Part shown: one piece after another, positions 21,596-34,640 of the stretch | How the letters are laid out: every line of letters starts with the position of its first letter | Position numbering within the stretch: position 1 is the stretch's first letter | Origin: Octopus sinensis | Taxonomy: Eukaryota | Reading direction: 5' to 3' | Assembly: GCF_006345805.1 (NCBI RefSeq) | Contig: NC_043007.1 | Span: forward strand, 75,950,001 to 76,014,000 | Length of the DNA: 64,000 bases | The notes under the pieces: generated by a model | Told to the model about the DNA's origin: nothing | Database searches by the model: none | Seen by the model: the letters and a program-made list of their open reading frames with translations, nothing else | Made by a program: the position numbers and the translations under genes

Positions 21596-24577
21596 TCATT
21601 CATACGTGCCATCCTTGCTACATTCACCCATTTTTTTTTTAAAACATTCACTAGACAACACTTGCCTCTCTACTCTCACTTTCCTCTTCAAGTGATACTT
21701 GAAGAAGTTGATGAGAGATTGACCAGAGAGGAAAGTGTTTGTCTCCAATCCTTTCAGGCGCGTCCACCAGATACATTCTTTCGCCATAGCCACAAGTATG
21801 ATAAAAATAGCTCTTCCTTCCCGTTTGAAGGAAGGAGACGTGACGATATTAACGATAGAATCGGTTGATAAACCGACACGTCCCACACGTGACAGCAGTC
21901 GTTCGACATAAGCCCACAGGTCGGAGATTGTTGGACACTGCACGATTGCGTGCAGAACGGTTTCATCGCTCTGCCCGCATCTCGGGCAGGTCGGCCCCGT
22001 GTTTCTCGAGCCATGCCCATAGAGCTGATCCAGAACGGGTAGCGCTTCTCGGTAGCACTGCCAGGCCAGGGATCTCTGGAAGTTGTCCATAGGTCCCGGC
22101 CCGAAAGTCGTTTCAAACAGGCGGGTCAGGTATTCCTCGTCGACGCCCAGGTTTGCCCCAAGATCGTCGTCGTACCTCCCCTCCACTAATCCGCTATAGA
22201 ATGCTTTGGTTGTGTTGAAGTCACTCAAGGTCGACCCGGGACGGCAGAGTTGCTTGAGAGCAACGCGACACTCGCGGTGCCATTCGCCCTTCCTCGGCCT
22301 CTTTTTGATCCACGACTGCAGTTCGGTCATGGAGACGAGCTGCGGGAACGCGTGCCTCACAAACGGCGACCACACCTGTTCACCGTCGTCTACATAGAGC
22401 CGGAGATGCCGTAGTCTCAGCGCGTGTCTGCGCATCATCAACCACGGCATGCCCAGCCCTCCTTTTAACGGGTGTTGACAGCAAATGGATCGCCTGACCA
22501 TGGGGACGCATCCTTTCCACAAGAAGCGGAAGAGAATGCGTTCTAGTTTGGTGATGGTAGGGTCGGGACAAGGTACGACGGTCAGGCGGTAGTAGATGAT
22601 GGACGCGATGTACGTGTTCGCCACCTCCGCCCGACCTTTTAGGGACAGTTTCCTCTCGGCCCATTGCCGGGCGAGAGTGACCACCCTACTCGTTATCTCG
22701 TTCCAGTTCTTCTCCATTTGGAGGACCGGACCGAACCAGACCCCGAGCAACTCAACCGGGCCGTCCATCCAGCGTCCCACGACGGAGGTACCGGTGGACG
22801 GAATGGGCTTGCTTCTCCAGGTGCCGAGCCGCAAGCCCACTGACTTTTCCCGGTTGATTTTTGCTCCTGTCACCGCTTCGTAGTCTTTCAGTGTCTCGCC
22901 GACCAGCTCGACGTGCTCGTGGCTTGACACTATGACGGTGACGTCGTCCGCGTATGCAGACACGCTCGTCCCGCATCCCAATTCTCGCGGGATGCCCCTC
23001 AGAGTCGCCAGCTTCCGCAGTAGTGGTTCGAGAGTCAATACGTATAGAAGCGCCGAGAGGGGGCATCCCTGACGGACCGAACGTGCAATGTCGAAAGGTC
23101 TCGATAGATGTCCATTAACGCGAATTACCGAACGGATGCCTCTGTACAAGGCAGCTATCCAACCGCGGAAGACGGGACCGAAACCAGCCGCTCTCAGGAC
23201 TGCCTCCAAGTATCGATGGACTACCCTATCGAAGGCTTTCGATTGATCCAAGTTGATCAGGGCCCCACCTATGCCAGGTTCCTTAACTACTCTGTCTATG
23301 ATGTAGCGCATCAGATGGAGGTTGTCATGGATGCTCCGGCCCGGCACGGGGCACGTTTGTGCCTTGTCAACCAGTTTCTTGATGACAAGCGCCAACCTCT
23401 TGGCTAACACCTTGGTCAAAATGTTCAGGTCTGCATTGAGCAGAGTGATTGGTTTAAAGTTATCTATAATGTTCCCCTTGTTTGGATCTTTCTTCAGCAG
23501 CGTTACGGCTCCTCGACTCACAAAACCGGGTATGCTCCCGTTTTGCTGCCAGTTGCAGTATACTGCCGCCAAGACGTCTCCAAACAAGTCTGGCATACAA
23601 TTGTAAAACTCGTATGGCAGACCATCCAAACCCGGCGATTTGTCTCTCGAGCATTCTGCCATTGCGTCCCGCACATCCGCTGCCGTGATGGCACCTTCGT
23701 AGCACCCTGCATCTCTTGCCGAGAGTCGTGGTAGGCTGTGCAGGTAGGCACTGATGTCCATCCTGCGTTCACGCTCGCCACTCGTCCCGTACAGTCGGGC
23801 AAAATGCCGTTGAAATGTCTCGCACATCTTGCTGAGCTCGAGCAATTCGCGCCCTTGTTCATCTACCAGAGACCGAATGGTGGCTTTGTTGCCCTGCTGC
23901 GCCTCCGCCACCCGGGCCTTCCTCGCGGCTCCAACATCTTCCATCCTTAGAGCACGCATCCTTGCCCTGACAGCACACCCTTCGTGTTTGGTGTTGAAGT
24001 GTTGGTCAAGGGCCAACCTCGCTGCTAAAACGTCGGATTTGATGCCGCTTTTTATTGCCTCTTCTAACTTCTTAACTAACTCACCCTCCACTCTATTTCT
24101 ATCTACGGCTAGAGCCTTGCTATATCTAATTGCTTCCGCTTTTACTGCTCTCTTGAGGGCGAACCACCATTTGTTGTTGACAATGGCTCCCGTTAAAGCC
24201 CTTTTTACTAACGTGTTGATTCTGTCTCTGAAAACCTGTCTGGACGGGAAAGATGCGTTCAGTTTCCAGTAACCAGGACCCTGTCTATGTACCTTATCTA
24301 AGTCTAGCGTACACGTCACGAATTTGTGATCCGTGTAGCTGACTGTGTGGAATTGTGGACATCCTAAGTTATCCCTGTCTACTGTCCTACACAGTATCCT
24401 ATCTAGATACGATCTCGACGACCCACTACGGTTGCTCCATGTCCACGTTGGTGCATTGGGTTGGTCGAGTCGGTACCTGTCAGACAGTTGGAATCGTCTG
24501 AGCAGGTCTCTGAGGCATTTGCATCCCCTTCTGTTTTGTCTCTCCCCACATAGTCTAGATGCGTGTCCAGGTAGCAT
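21596..24577 (-). CDS. Tx1 copy A ORF2, uninterrupted 993-aa segment (APE C-terminal half, RT, Zn finger)
   Basis: ORF track; motifs as above. The N-terminal APE part (24989-24600) is frameshifted. Confidence 0.88.
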   Translation of the reverse strand: MLPGHASRLCGERQNRRGCKCLRDLLRRFQLSDRYRLDQPNAPTWTWSNRSGSSRSYLDRILCRTVDRDNLGCPQFHTVSYTDHKFVTCTLDLDKVHRQGPGYWKLNASFPSRQVFRDRINTLVKRALTGAIVNNKWWFALKRAVKAEAIRYSKALAVDRNRVEGELVKKLEEAIKSGIKSDVLAARLALDQHFNTKHEGCAVRARMRALRMEDVGAARKARVAEAQQGNKATIRSLVDEQGRELLELSKMCETFQRHFARLYGTSGERERRMDISAYLHSLPRLSARDAGCYEGAITAADVRDAMAECSRDKSPGLDGLPYEFYNCMPDLFGDVLAAVYCNWQQNGSIPGFVSRGAVTLLKKDPNKGNIIDNFKPITLLNADLNILTKVLAKRLALVIKKLVDKAQTCPVPGRSIHDNLHLMRYIIDRVVKEPGIGGALINLDQSKAFDRVVHRYLEAVLRAAGFGPVFRGWIAALYRGIRSVIRVNGHLSRPFDIARSVRQGCPLSALLYVLTLEPLLRKLATLRGIPRELGCGTSVSAYADDVTVIVSSHEHVELVGETLKDYEAVTGAKINREKSVGLRLGTWRSKPIPSTGTSVVGRWMDGPVELLGVWFGPVLQMEKNWNEITSRVVTLARQWAERKLSLKGRAEVANTYIASIIYYRLTVVPCPDPTITKLERILFRFLWKGCVPMVRRSICCQHPLKGGLGMPWLMMRRHALRLRHLRLYVDDGEQVWSPFVRHAFPQLVSMTELQSWIKKRPRKGEWHRECRVALKQLCRPGSTLSDFNTTKAFYSGLVEGRYDDDLGANLGVDEEYLTRLFETTFGPGPMDNFQRSLAWQCYREALPVLDQLYGHGSRNTGPTCPRCGQSDETVLHAIVQCPTISDLWAYVERLLSRVGRVGLSTDSIVNIVTSPSFKREGRAIFIILVAMAKECIWWTRLKGLETNTFLSGQSLINFFKYHLKRKVRVERQVLSSECFKKKMGECSKDGTYE

Positions 24578-25456
24578 TCCAATTCCCCACTAAAAGTAAA
24601 GGACGAGACTTCCCAGGATCTTCTGACGTCGAAAGAATCCGGCCGACTTGTTAAAGGCGGCGTAGACTGATACGAGTCGAAAAGCGCACCCATTGCTGCC
24701 GTCGACATCCAGGACGACAGTTACCCTTCGGGTCTACGAATATCGTCTTGACTTCGAGATCCAGGCTCTTGTGAAAAGTACCGTGGTGCCACTACCGCCC
24801 ATCCTCGGCAGACAGGGAGCAAACAAATGTTAAACTGTCCGCCAAACATGGACTTTAGGGCCCGTGGCTCGTGGAGTCTGTCTCACTTATGGCTATGATT
24901 CCCAAATCGTGTGACTTGATGTCATTTAGGAGGTATCCTTGTTTCCAAGGAGACCCCAAGCCAACGCATTCCAAACCAATCTTGACCATGATTCTATTGG
25001 GGTGTGTGCTTTAAAACACAAAAGGAAGGTACAGAGAGTACTTACTTGTGTCGAAAGTTTTGGCTTCCTCGTCTATTGATGTGTCTTGAAGGAGGTTTTT
25101 ATAGTTTTTCGAAGGTATTTTTGGAACCCCCCCCGCATTTGGAAAGGGCTTTGAGTGTGTGGTGTTGTGTTTGTGTGGTGTGTATTTGATGTGTTTGGGT
25201 GGTGTAGTGCGTGGATGGTTGTTAGTTTAAAGTCATCTTCACAGATGTTTGTGTGCTGTGATGTACTCCATTAGTTGGAGTCGTTGTGTCTATCGCTGAT
25301 AGCATTGTGTGTGTTTTTTGGTGTTGTGCTTGTTTGGTGTGTATGGAGCTTTCAGGGTTCAGTTATCTCCTGCTTGGTTGCGTTTTCTTGTTTGTTTTTT
25401 TTTATCTTTTTCTTTTACCCCCGGTTGCTATTTGCCATTCTGTCGAACTTTCATCG

Positions 25457-26290
25457 TTAGATGAAAATCTGACGATCAGAAGGGGGTAAGGGCAAAGCAT
25501 CTGGGTCTGTTTGTGCGGTTGTAGATATTGTTGTGATGTGCGGGGGCTGTGTTGCTGGGAGGTTTGTTGTGGTGATTGTCTCTCCTATATCCTTGGTGCT
25601 TGTCTTCTTCGTTGTTGTTCTGGGTGTTGGAATTGGTTTAGTTGTTGTTGGTGGTGATGATTCTGTTCTTGGCGCAGGTGGTGGTGTTGTTTGGTTGGGT
25701 TGGTCCGTTCTTTGTTGGTTTTCATGCATTTCTGTATATAGCTTCTTGATTAGCCGTCCATACTGTGGTGTGGGCAATAATGCTGGCTTTTGTGGTTTTT
25801 CCTGTGGCTGTTGTTGTTGTTGTCGTTGTTTCGCGGCAGATTTGCACTCCTTTTTGAGGTGTGTTTCACTGCCGCATGTATAGCAGCGTGGCCTTCTGCC
25901 CTCGACTACTACATACAACTTGCGGTCATCCGCAAGATGTACGTGGGTGAGAATTTTGTTAATGTCGTCTTGGCTTATGTGGAAGAGAATCTCCAGTCTC
26001 TTTCCCACCCAGTCCTTGTGTTTCGAAACAGTGATTTCCAGGATATTTATGTCCTCCATTTCGACGCATATGGCGGATGTTATCCATAGTGTGTTTGTTA
26101 TTTGCGGGACATTATTGATAATGACCTTTGTCACCCTCTGGCCAAGGTAACTGGGTGTCATTGTTAGCTCATCTGAATGAAGAGTTAGCGTTGAGAATTG
26201 CTTTGCCAACTCTTCATTCTGAAAAACCACCTGTACGTGGGCAAACTTGTTCGACCAAGTCACATACTCCTTGTATCCCCAGATAGGCAT
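25457..26290 (-). CDS. Tx1 copy A ORF1 core with zinc knuckle
   Basis: 277-aa ORF with CX2CX4HX4C followed by a Gln/Pro/Thr-rich tail. Confidence 0.75.
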   Translation of the reverse strand: MPIWGYKEYVTWSNKFAHVQVVFQNEELAKQFSTLTLHSDELTMTPSYLGQRVTKVIINNVPQITNTLWITSAICVEMEDINILEITVSKHKDWVGKRLEILFHISQDDINKILTHVHLADDRKLYVVVEGRRPRCYTCGSETHLKKECKSAAKQRQQQQQPQEKPQKPALLPTPQYGRLIKKLYTEMHENQQRTDQPNQTTPPPAPRTESSPPTTTKPIPTPRTTTKKTSTKDIGETITTTNLPATQPPHITTISTTAQTDPDALPLPPSDRQIFI

Positions 26291-27434
26291 TTTTCTATTT
26301 TGTCTGTGTTTGCTTTTTCTGGACTTTTAGTTGTGTTGTTGGGCTAAATGAATCAGTAACACCCCCACCGCCCTGCCCTGTCCCTAGCCATATTCGGATG
26401 GCTAACGTCCCTTATGTTATGGAGCAGTTACTGTATATACCTCGTTTAGAGAATTATTATTGCTTATAAATAATCGTTTTCTTTTTTTCCTCATTCAGTA
26501 TGTGTTGTGGTATGTGTAATTGTACTTTGCCGTTTTCTTTAGTGATTAGGGCTCTGGAGTCTTTTATCTGCTGTGCAGTAAACGATATTATTGTTTTTCT
26601 TTTCTTTTATCGCCTCGGCGAAGTTTGTTGTTGTTTTGTTATTGTTGTTACTGCTGGTGGTGTTGGTGGTGATGGCAGGGGTGTGGGTTGTGGGTATATT
26701 AGGTTTGTGGTTGCTGATTATGCCACTAGCAAGGGGTGGAAAATTGTCTGCATAATTTGCCTCTGCGTTAGCGCAAATTTCGGCAACTGGTTTGATGGTT
26801 GCGGTTATTTCTTTCTCTCCTTCACTTGTTGGTGATGGAGGGAACAATGGCTGAAGGGAATTGTTGTTGTTGTTGTTGTTGTTATTGTCGTTCTTGGTTG
26901 CGGCGGTGGTATTAGTAGCAAGGGAGGCAGTCGTAGTAGCAGAAATTGTAGTGGCGTCATTGGTGTTGACGGCACGGTCTTTGGTGGCGGTGATGGTGAT
27001 CTTGGTTTTTTTATTGTTGTTGGTAGTGGTGTCGTTAGCAAAGGTAGCAGTTGTAGTAGCAGAAGCTGCCATGGTGGTGGTGTCGGTGTTGATGGTGGAA
27101 TCATTGGTGGCGGTGACGGTGCTTGGCCTTGCGACCTTTGTTTTGTAGTTGTTGCTGTTGTCGATGCTGATGGTGGTGGTGGTGGTTGTGTAAGTAGTGT
27201 TCACACAGTCAAGTTCAGCACATGGTGATAGGGGATCTTATTTTTTTGTTTTGGCATCACGCTGCAGTTGCGCCTCAGCCTCGTGGTGACCACTAACCAT
27301 TTTTGAAAATAAAAATGGCTAAAATACCACACGAGGCCTACGAGAATTTTTAAAATTTTGCCCACAAAGGGCGAAATTTTGTGTAGATATTAGTCAAGGT
27401 TTGCAGTGGATGTTGTTGCACAACTTTTAAACAC

Positions 27435-27435
<1 letters not shown>

Positions 27436-27488
<53 letters not shown>

Positions 27489-27579
27489 GTAGGTAGGTAG
27501 GTAGGTAGGTAGGTAGGTAGTTAGGTAGGTAGGTAGGTAGGTAGACAGACAGACAGACAGACAGACGGATAGATAGATA
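27436..27579. repeat. (GATA)n(GGTA)n(GACA)n array between LINE copies
   Basis: Directly visible. Confidence 0.95.
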
Positions 27580-27763
27580 AGTTTCTTTATTGGCCACACA
27601 GGGCTGCACACAGATGGGACAAGTTACAAGGTAGAGCTTTTCTTTTGGGGGATGAAAAAAACAAAAAACAAAAGAAAAAAAGGGGGTGGCGTAGGTTTTC
27701 GATCAAGAGGGATCGTAAAAGGGAAGAAAAGAACAAAAAAAAAATAAATAAAAAATTAAAAAA
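27580..27763 (-). mobile_element. Severely 5'-truncated A-type Tx1 copy (3'UTR only)
   Basis: Closely matches the 3' end of copy A (21211-21330). Bounded by GATA repeats on both sides (27764-27777). Confidence 0.85.
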
Positions 27764-27777
27764 TAGATAGATAGATA

Positions 27778-30700
27778 ACTTTTTATTGTGGCCACACAGG
27801 GCTAAACACAGAATAAAAATGGACGAAATACAATGTAGAGTTTTTTGTTTTCGAGGTGGGATGGGTGGGACATACAAAAAAAATTAATAAATAAAACGTT
27901 CGATCAATAGGGATCTGTGGGTTGTGTGGTATATAAAAAAGCAATATATATATATAAAGTTCACAGTTTAGGTGTAGCCTTGGAAAGAAAAACCTACAAA
28001 AAAGACCAAGGTCACCTCAGACAGTTCGAAAATGAACACATGAGTAAGTCACCTTACCTCTCGTTGTCTCTTTTGGTTACAGATTTATGCTTAAAATAGA
28101 ATCGTCTTTCATACTGACCATTTTCGACACTTTTACCCACTTTTTATTAAAACATTCGTTCGACAAAGCCTTCTTCTCTATTCTCATCCTCCTTTTCAAG
28201 TGGTACTTGAAAAAGTTGACGAGAGACTGACCAGAGAGGAAGGTGTTTGTTTGCAGTCCTTTCAAACGCGTCCACCACACACATTCTTTCGCCATAGCCA
28301 TCAGCGTAACGAAAACCGTTTTCCCTTCCCGTTTAAAGGAAGTGGTGGAACAATATTCACGATAGACTTGGCCGATAAGCGGCCCGTCCTACACGCGACA
28401 ACAGCTGTTCGACGAAGGTCCACAGCTCTGAAATATCTGGACACTGCACGAGTGCGTGCAGAACGGTTTCGTCGCTCTGACCGCATCTCGGGCAGGTCGG
28501 TCCGGTGATGGTTTTCGAACCGTGCCTGTAGCTCTTCTCTCGAACAGGTAGTGCGTCTCGATAGCATTGCCAAGCCAGGGATTTCTGGAAGTTATCCATA
28601 GGCCCCGACCCGAACGTCGTCCTGAACAGGCGGGTTAGGAATTTCTCGTCGACGCCCAGGTTTGCCCCGAGTGTGTCGTCGGACATCCCCTCCACTAGTC
28701 CTCTATAGAACGCTTTAGTCGTTTGTAAGTTGCACAAGTTTGACCCCGTTCGGCAGAGCTGCTGTAGAGCTTGGCGAAACTCTCGGTGCTAATCGCCCAG
28801 TTTTGGTCTCTTCTTGATCCACGTTTGCAGTTCGGTCAGTGAGACGAGCTGCGGGAAGGCGCGCCTCACAAACGGCGCCCACACCTGTTCACCGTCATCG
28901 ATGAAGTTCCAGAGATGTCGCAGTCTCAGCGCATGCCTGCGCATCATCAACCACGGCATGCCCAGTCCTCCATTCAACGGATGTTGACAGCAAATGGACT
29001 TTCTCACCATCGGAAGGCCACCCTTCCACAGGAAGCGGAAGAGTATGCGCTCCAGTTTGGTGATGGTGGCGTCGGGACAAGGCGGTAATCGATGACGGTT
29101 GCGATGTACGCGTTCGCCATCTCCGCCCGACCTTTTAGAGACAGCTTTCTCTCGGCCCATGTTTGGCTGAGAGCGACCACTCTACCCGTGATCTCGTCCC
29201 AGTTCTTATCCATTTGGAGGTCCGGACTGAACCAGACCCCGAGCAATTTAACCGGTCCGTCCGTCCAGCGTCCCACTACTGAGCCGCAGTCGGACGGCAT
29301 GGGCTTGCTTCTCCAGGTGCCGAGTAGAAAACCCACTGACTTTTCCGGGTTAATCTTCGCTCCCGTCACCGTTTCGTATTTTCTTAGTGTCTCGCCTATC
29401 ATCTGGATGTGTTTGTCGCTCGACACTATGACGGTGACATCGTCCGCATATGCCGACACGCTCGTCCCGCAACCCAGTTCCCGTGAGATGCCCCTCAGTG
29501 TCGCAAGCTTCCGCAGTAGCGGCTCGAGAGTCAATGCATACAGAAGCGCCGACAGGGGACGTCCCTGACGGACGGAACGCGTGATGTCAAACGGTTTCGA
29601 CAGGTGACCGTTCACCCGAATCACCGATCGGATGCCGCTATACAAGGCAGCGATCCAACCGCGGAAGACGGGACCGAAGCCAGCCGCCCTGAGGACGGCC
29701 GCCAAGTACCGATGGTCGACCCTATCGAAGGCTTTAGACTGATCCAAATTGATCAGCGCCCCACCCATGCCAGGATCCTTAAATACCATGTCCACAATGT
29801 AGCGCATCAGATGGAGGTTGTCATGTATGGTTCTGCCCGGCACGGCGCATGTTTGCGCTCTGTCGACCAGTTTACCAATGACAAGCGCCAACCTCTCGGC
29901 TATTACTTTGGCCAAAATTTTCAAATCTGCGTTGAGCAGAGTGATGGGCCTGAAATTATCTATAAAATTCCCCTTGTTTGGGTCTTTCTTCAGCAACGTC
30001 ACTGCACCTCGGCTCACGAAACCGGGGATTCTTCCGTTTTGTTGCCAGTTGCAGTAGACTGATGCCAAGAGGTCGCCAAACAAGTCTGGCATTTGACAAT
30101 ACAGCTCGTAGGGTAAACCATCCAATCCAGGCGACTTATCCCTCGCGCAGCCCGCCATCGCATCCCGCACGTCAGCGGCTGTGATGGGACTTTCACAACA
30201 CTCCGCTTCTCTTGCCGAGAGCCGCGGCAGGTCGGTCAGGTAGGCTCTGAAATCCATCCCGCGTTCCGACCCACCACTCGCACCAAACAGTCGAGCAAAG
30301 TGCTGTTGAAAGGCCTCACACATCCTTTCGGGTTCGAGTAAACTGCATCCCTGTTGATCTATTAGAGACCGAATGGTGGCTCTGTTGCCACGCTGCGCCT
30401 CCGCTACCCGGGCCTCTCGCGCAGCTTCGATCCCTTCGTTCCTTAAGGCACGCATTTTAGCTCTGACGACGCAACCTTCGTGCTTGGCGTTGAGGTGTTG
30501 GTCGAGGGCCATCCTCGCAGCCAGCACGTTGGTTGCGCTGCCAGTGGTAAGTGCCTCTTCTAGCTTCTTAACCAGGTCTCCCTCTACTCTATTTCGATCT
30601 ATCGCTAATTCCTTGCTAAACCTAATAGATTCCGATTTTATTGCCATTTTCAGGGCGAACCACCAGCGGTTGTTAACGACGGCTCCCGTCAGCGCCCTCT

Positions 30701-33680
30701 TAATTAACTCGCTAATCCGGTTCCTGTAAACCTGTCGCGCTCAGAGCGACGTGTTCAGTTTCCAGTAACCGGGACCCTGTCTATGTGTCTTATCTAAGTC
30801 GAGCGTACACGTCTCAAATTTGTGATCTGTGTAGCTGACTATTTTAAATTGTGAACATCCTACACTATCCCTATCCGCTGTCCTGCATAGAATTCTACCT
30901 AGATAAGATCTCGACGATCCGACGCGGTTTGTCCAAGTCCACGTTGGCACGTTCGGATGGTCGAGTCGGAACCTGTCAGACAAATGGAAACGTCTGAGTA
31001 GGTCTTTGAGGCACTTACACCCCCTTCTATTCCTATCCATTCCCACATAATCTAGGTGCGTGTCCAAGGTAGCGTTCCAATCCCCTACTAACAGTAAAGG
31101 TCTAGACGTACCCAGGAAAACCTCTAGACGTCTGAAGAAATCCGCCCGGCCCGTTAAGGACGGTGCATAAACTGCCATCAGACAGAATGCACATCCATTT
31201 CTGCCATCCACGTCCAAGACAACCAGCCTACCCTCCGGGTCTAGGAATATTGTTCTTACTTTTACATTTAGACTCTTTCGAAAAAGCACCGCGGTACCCC
31301 CACCACCCACGTTCGGCAGACAGGGAGAAAAATAAATGTCAAATTGATCGCCAAACATGGACGCGAGGGCCCGCGGCTTGCTGAGTCTGGTTTCACTGAT
31401 AGCTACTATATCCACGTTCAGTGACTTGATGTCGTTTAGAAGGTAACCTTGCTTCCAAACCGACGCCAAGCCACGCGCATTCACACAACCTAATTTAAAC
31501 ATAATTGACGTTTAAGAAATTTGTGTTTCACACACTACATTGGAAGAGACAAGAGGCAAGAGGGAAGGTCACTTACTCATTTCGAAAGTTTCAGTTTTTT
31601 CTTCTTCTTTTGTAGTGTCTTTGAGGAGGTGTTTGTATAGTTTTTTGGAGAGGTATCGTTGAAACCCGCCTACCGCATTTGGAAATATTGTTTTCAGTGT
31701 ATGATGCTGTGTTTGTGTTATGTGTACAATTCTTATGTGTTTCGGTGGTGTGGTGCGCAGATGATTATTTGTCTTAAAGTCATCTTCACAGATGTTCGTG
31801 TTGGATGCAATGTAATCCATTAATTTTTTATTGTCTGTGTCTATTGCAGTTAGTTGTGTGTGTGGTTTTGCGGGTTCATTGATTTTTTTATTGTCTAGGG
31901 GGATGCTGTCCGGAGTTAAATATCTCCCTGCTTTACTTACTTGTTTGGTGGGCTTTTTTGATCTTTTCCTTTTACCCCCTGTGCCTATTTGCCATTCCGT
32001 CGAACTTTCGTCGTTGGACGACGAGTCCGACGAATCATAAGGAGGTAAAGGCAAAGCATTTGCGTTAATATGTATGCTTGTAGAAATTGTTGATGTTTTT
32101 GTGCGGTGTTTGTGTTGTGGTGTTAGGGGTAGAATTTGTCTTCTCGTCACTGTTTTCTGTCTTTTTTGTTGTCGTCCTCGATGTTGGTGTTGGTCTATCT
32201 TTTGTTGGTTCAGTATGTTGAATTGGTTGCGACGTCAACGGTGATTGTGTTGGTGCTGTTTCTTTTCTTGGTGATGTTGTTGGGGTTTGTTTGCTGGTTT
32301 GTTGTTTTTCTTGGCATTGTTCCATAATTGAGTGTGTTGGTGTTGGTGTTGGCAACAAGGGTTTTTTATTTGTTTTCTGATTTGTTCTTTCTTGTTTTTT
32401 CTGTGCCAGAGCGCACTTGGCAATTAAATGTTCTGGGCTGCCACAGTTGTAGCATCTAGGCATTTTGCCTTCTGCTACAACATATAGGCTTTGCCCATTT
32501 TCTAAATGGATCCTATCAGTTAGGTTCTCGATAGAGGACCCCTCAATCTGGATGGTCACTACTATTGTTTTACCACCCCAATTGTCGTTTTTGTACACGG
32601 CGGTTTCTAATATGTTTATCGTTTTCAAATTGTAACATATCGCTCCTGTTATCCATTTGTTAGGTATCTCGGGGGGGGGGTACATTTTTAATGCTAATTC
32701 TACTCACTCTCTGGCCTTTGTAATATGGGACCATGATGATTTCATCATTTTGCAAAGACTCCGTAGAGTGAGCTTTTGCGACTTCCTGGTTAGGGAAGCG
32801 GACCACCACTGTATTAAACTGGGGACCCCAGTTTATATATTCTTTTTTCATTATGTTTTTTAAACACTTTTCTATGTCCGTTTTTGTAATCTGTTCATTT
32901 TGTTTTTTGTTTTTTCTTATAATTTTATATATAATTGTCTTATTTTCTATTTGTTCCTTTATGTGTTGAGGTGTATGCAGAACTAAATCCTGCCCTTGGG
33001 TTGTAAAGAGTGCTCTCGTTTCTATTAACTCTTCATTCGTAAATTTTATTATTTCCTTTTTCTGACGCAGAGTGCCAGCGAAATTTACTGGTGCTGTTGA
33101 TTCTTTTATATTAATATCTTCACTATTAGATGGTAAAATATTTATTTCATTTTTGTTGTTGTTATTCTTGTTGCTGTTGTTTTTGTTAATAATATTCGCG
33201 TGAGTTTCATTTTCATCATTTATGTTGGTCGTGGTGGTGGTAATGGTGGTGGTGGTAGCAGTAGTAGTCTCGTTGTTATTGTTGTTAGTGGTGGTGGTGG
33301 TGGTGGTGACAGGGCTGTTACCGCAAGTGGTTGCAGCGTTCACTACCACGTCACTCAGGTTTGTCTTTGTCGAATGTGTGAGCGTGCATAAGTTCTTTTT
33401 TTCTCCTAGCGTTTCAAGTCTAGGAAAATGCTGGTCCATAAAGGAACGCGACCAGCATTCTACAATAACATTTCTCGACATTTTTTAATGTCGAGAAGAA
33501 AAATACATAGATTAAATAGGGTTGAAACTTCCCCTAGGGGCGAATTCCTCCCTTGGAAAAGCACGCAAACGAAAGTTAGGTACCTTACACACTTTATTTA
33601 CCAAAATGTACACAAAATATGGGCTATAAATAGTCAAAATAAACGGTTACCTTCGGAGCCGAGGTGACAACACGTCAGTC
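27778..33680 (-). mobile_element. Near full-length Tx1/L1-clade LINE, copy B (different subfamily)
   Basis: ORF1 pieces 33481-32660, 32685-32065 (CYNCGSPEHLIAKC) and 32150-31569. ORF2 from ATG 31502 (MFKLGCVNARGL, SETRL, GDWN, YTDH), then 30647-29004 (RT, YADD), 28737-28357 (CPRC..H..C) and 28301-28077. (GATA)n at both ends. Confidence 0.93.
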
Positions 33681-33950
<270 letters not shown>

Positions 33951-34272
33951 GATTTTCATTTAGAGATAGTAGGCCCCTTCATCTCACCATATAAAAAAGA
34001 ATTTTTATTTTAAATACCTACAATTTCATAACTTGGCTACACGTGTTTCATGAGGTACATTTCCCGGTTCATAAACCACTCCGTGTTTTGCTGGAACCAT
34101 TCTTAAAATATAACCCCAATCATCAGGCCACTATATCACTTTCTCATCGTTCAATACTATAAACTATATTATAATATTTTAAGACCCATAAGTATGTGTA
34201 AAATAGCTTCACTGGACCCTACAGTACAAGCCATAATTCAAATAAAATTTTAAATAAAAAATTACAAAAATA

Positions 34273-34323
<51 letters not shown>

Positions 34324-34326
34324 CTA

Positions 34327-34640
34327 TATAGGCGTAGGAGTGGCTGTGTGGTAAGTAGCTTGTTTACCAACCACATGGTTCCGGGTTCAGTCCCACTGCA
34401 TGGCACCTTGGGCAAGTGTCTTCTACCAAAACCTTGTGAGTGGATTTGGTAGACGGAAACTGAAAGAAGCCCGTCGTATATATGTATTTATATGTGTGTG
34501 TGTGTTTGTGTGTCCATGTTTGTCCCCCTAGCATTGCTTGACAACCGATGGTGGTGTGTTTATGTCCCCGTCACTTAGCGGTTCGGCAAAAGAGACCGAT
34601 AGAATAAGTACTGGGCTTACAAAGAATAAGTGCCGGGGTC
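34327..34640 (+). mobile_element. tRNA-derived CORE-type SINE (other copies 60325-60690 +, 62810-63210 -, fragment 44410-44560 -)
   Basis: A box GTGGCTGTGTGGT, B box GGTTCAGTCCC, CORE-like CCTTGGGCAAGTGTCTT. Confidence 0.82.

Larger units (their letters stand above)
21211..27435 (-). mobile_element. Near full-length Tx1/L1-clade LINE, copy A
   Basis: ORF1 (~27300-25000, frameshifted) with Thr/Asn-rich N-terminus and CCHC knuckle CYTCGSETHLKKEC. ORF2 from ATG 24989: APE (GDWN, YLDRI, YTDH), RT (KSPGLDG, DQSKAFD, QGCPLS, YADD), C-terminal CPRC...H...C. AATAAA then (TATC)n at the 3' end; (TATC)n at the 5' end. Confidence 0.93.

Noticed and set aside
21754-30729. Many plus-strand and alternative-frame ORFs over the Tx1 elements
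   Set aside because: Shadow ORFs of GC-rich LINE coding sequence with no independent motifs.
21596-31502. GC- and CpG-rich Tx1 ORF2 as evidence of horizontal transfer
   Set aside because: Composition contrast alone is not diagnostic; young or unmethylated LINEs give the same picture. It needs a phylogenetic test.
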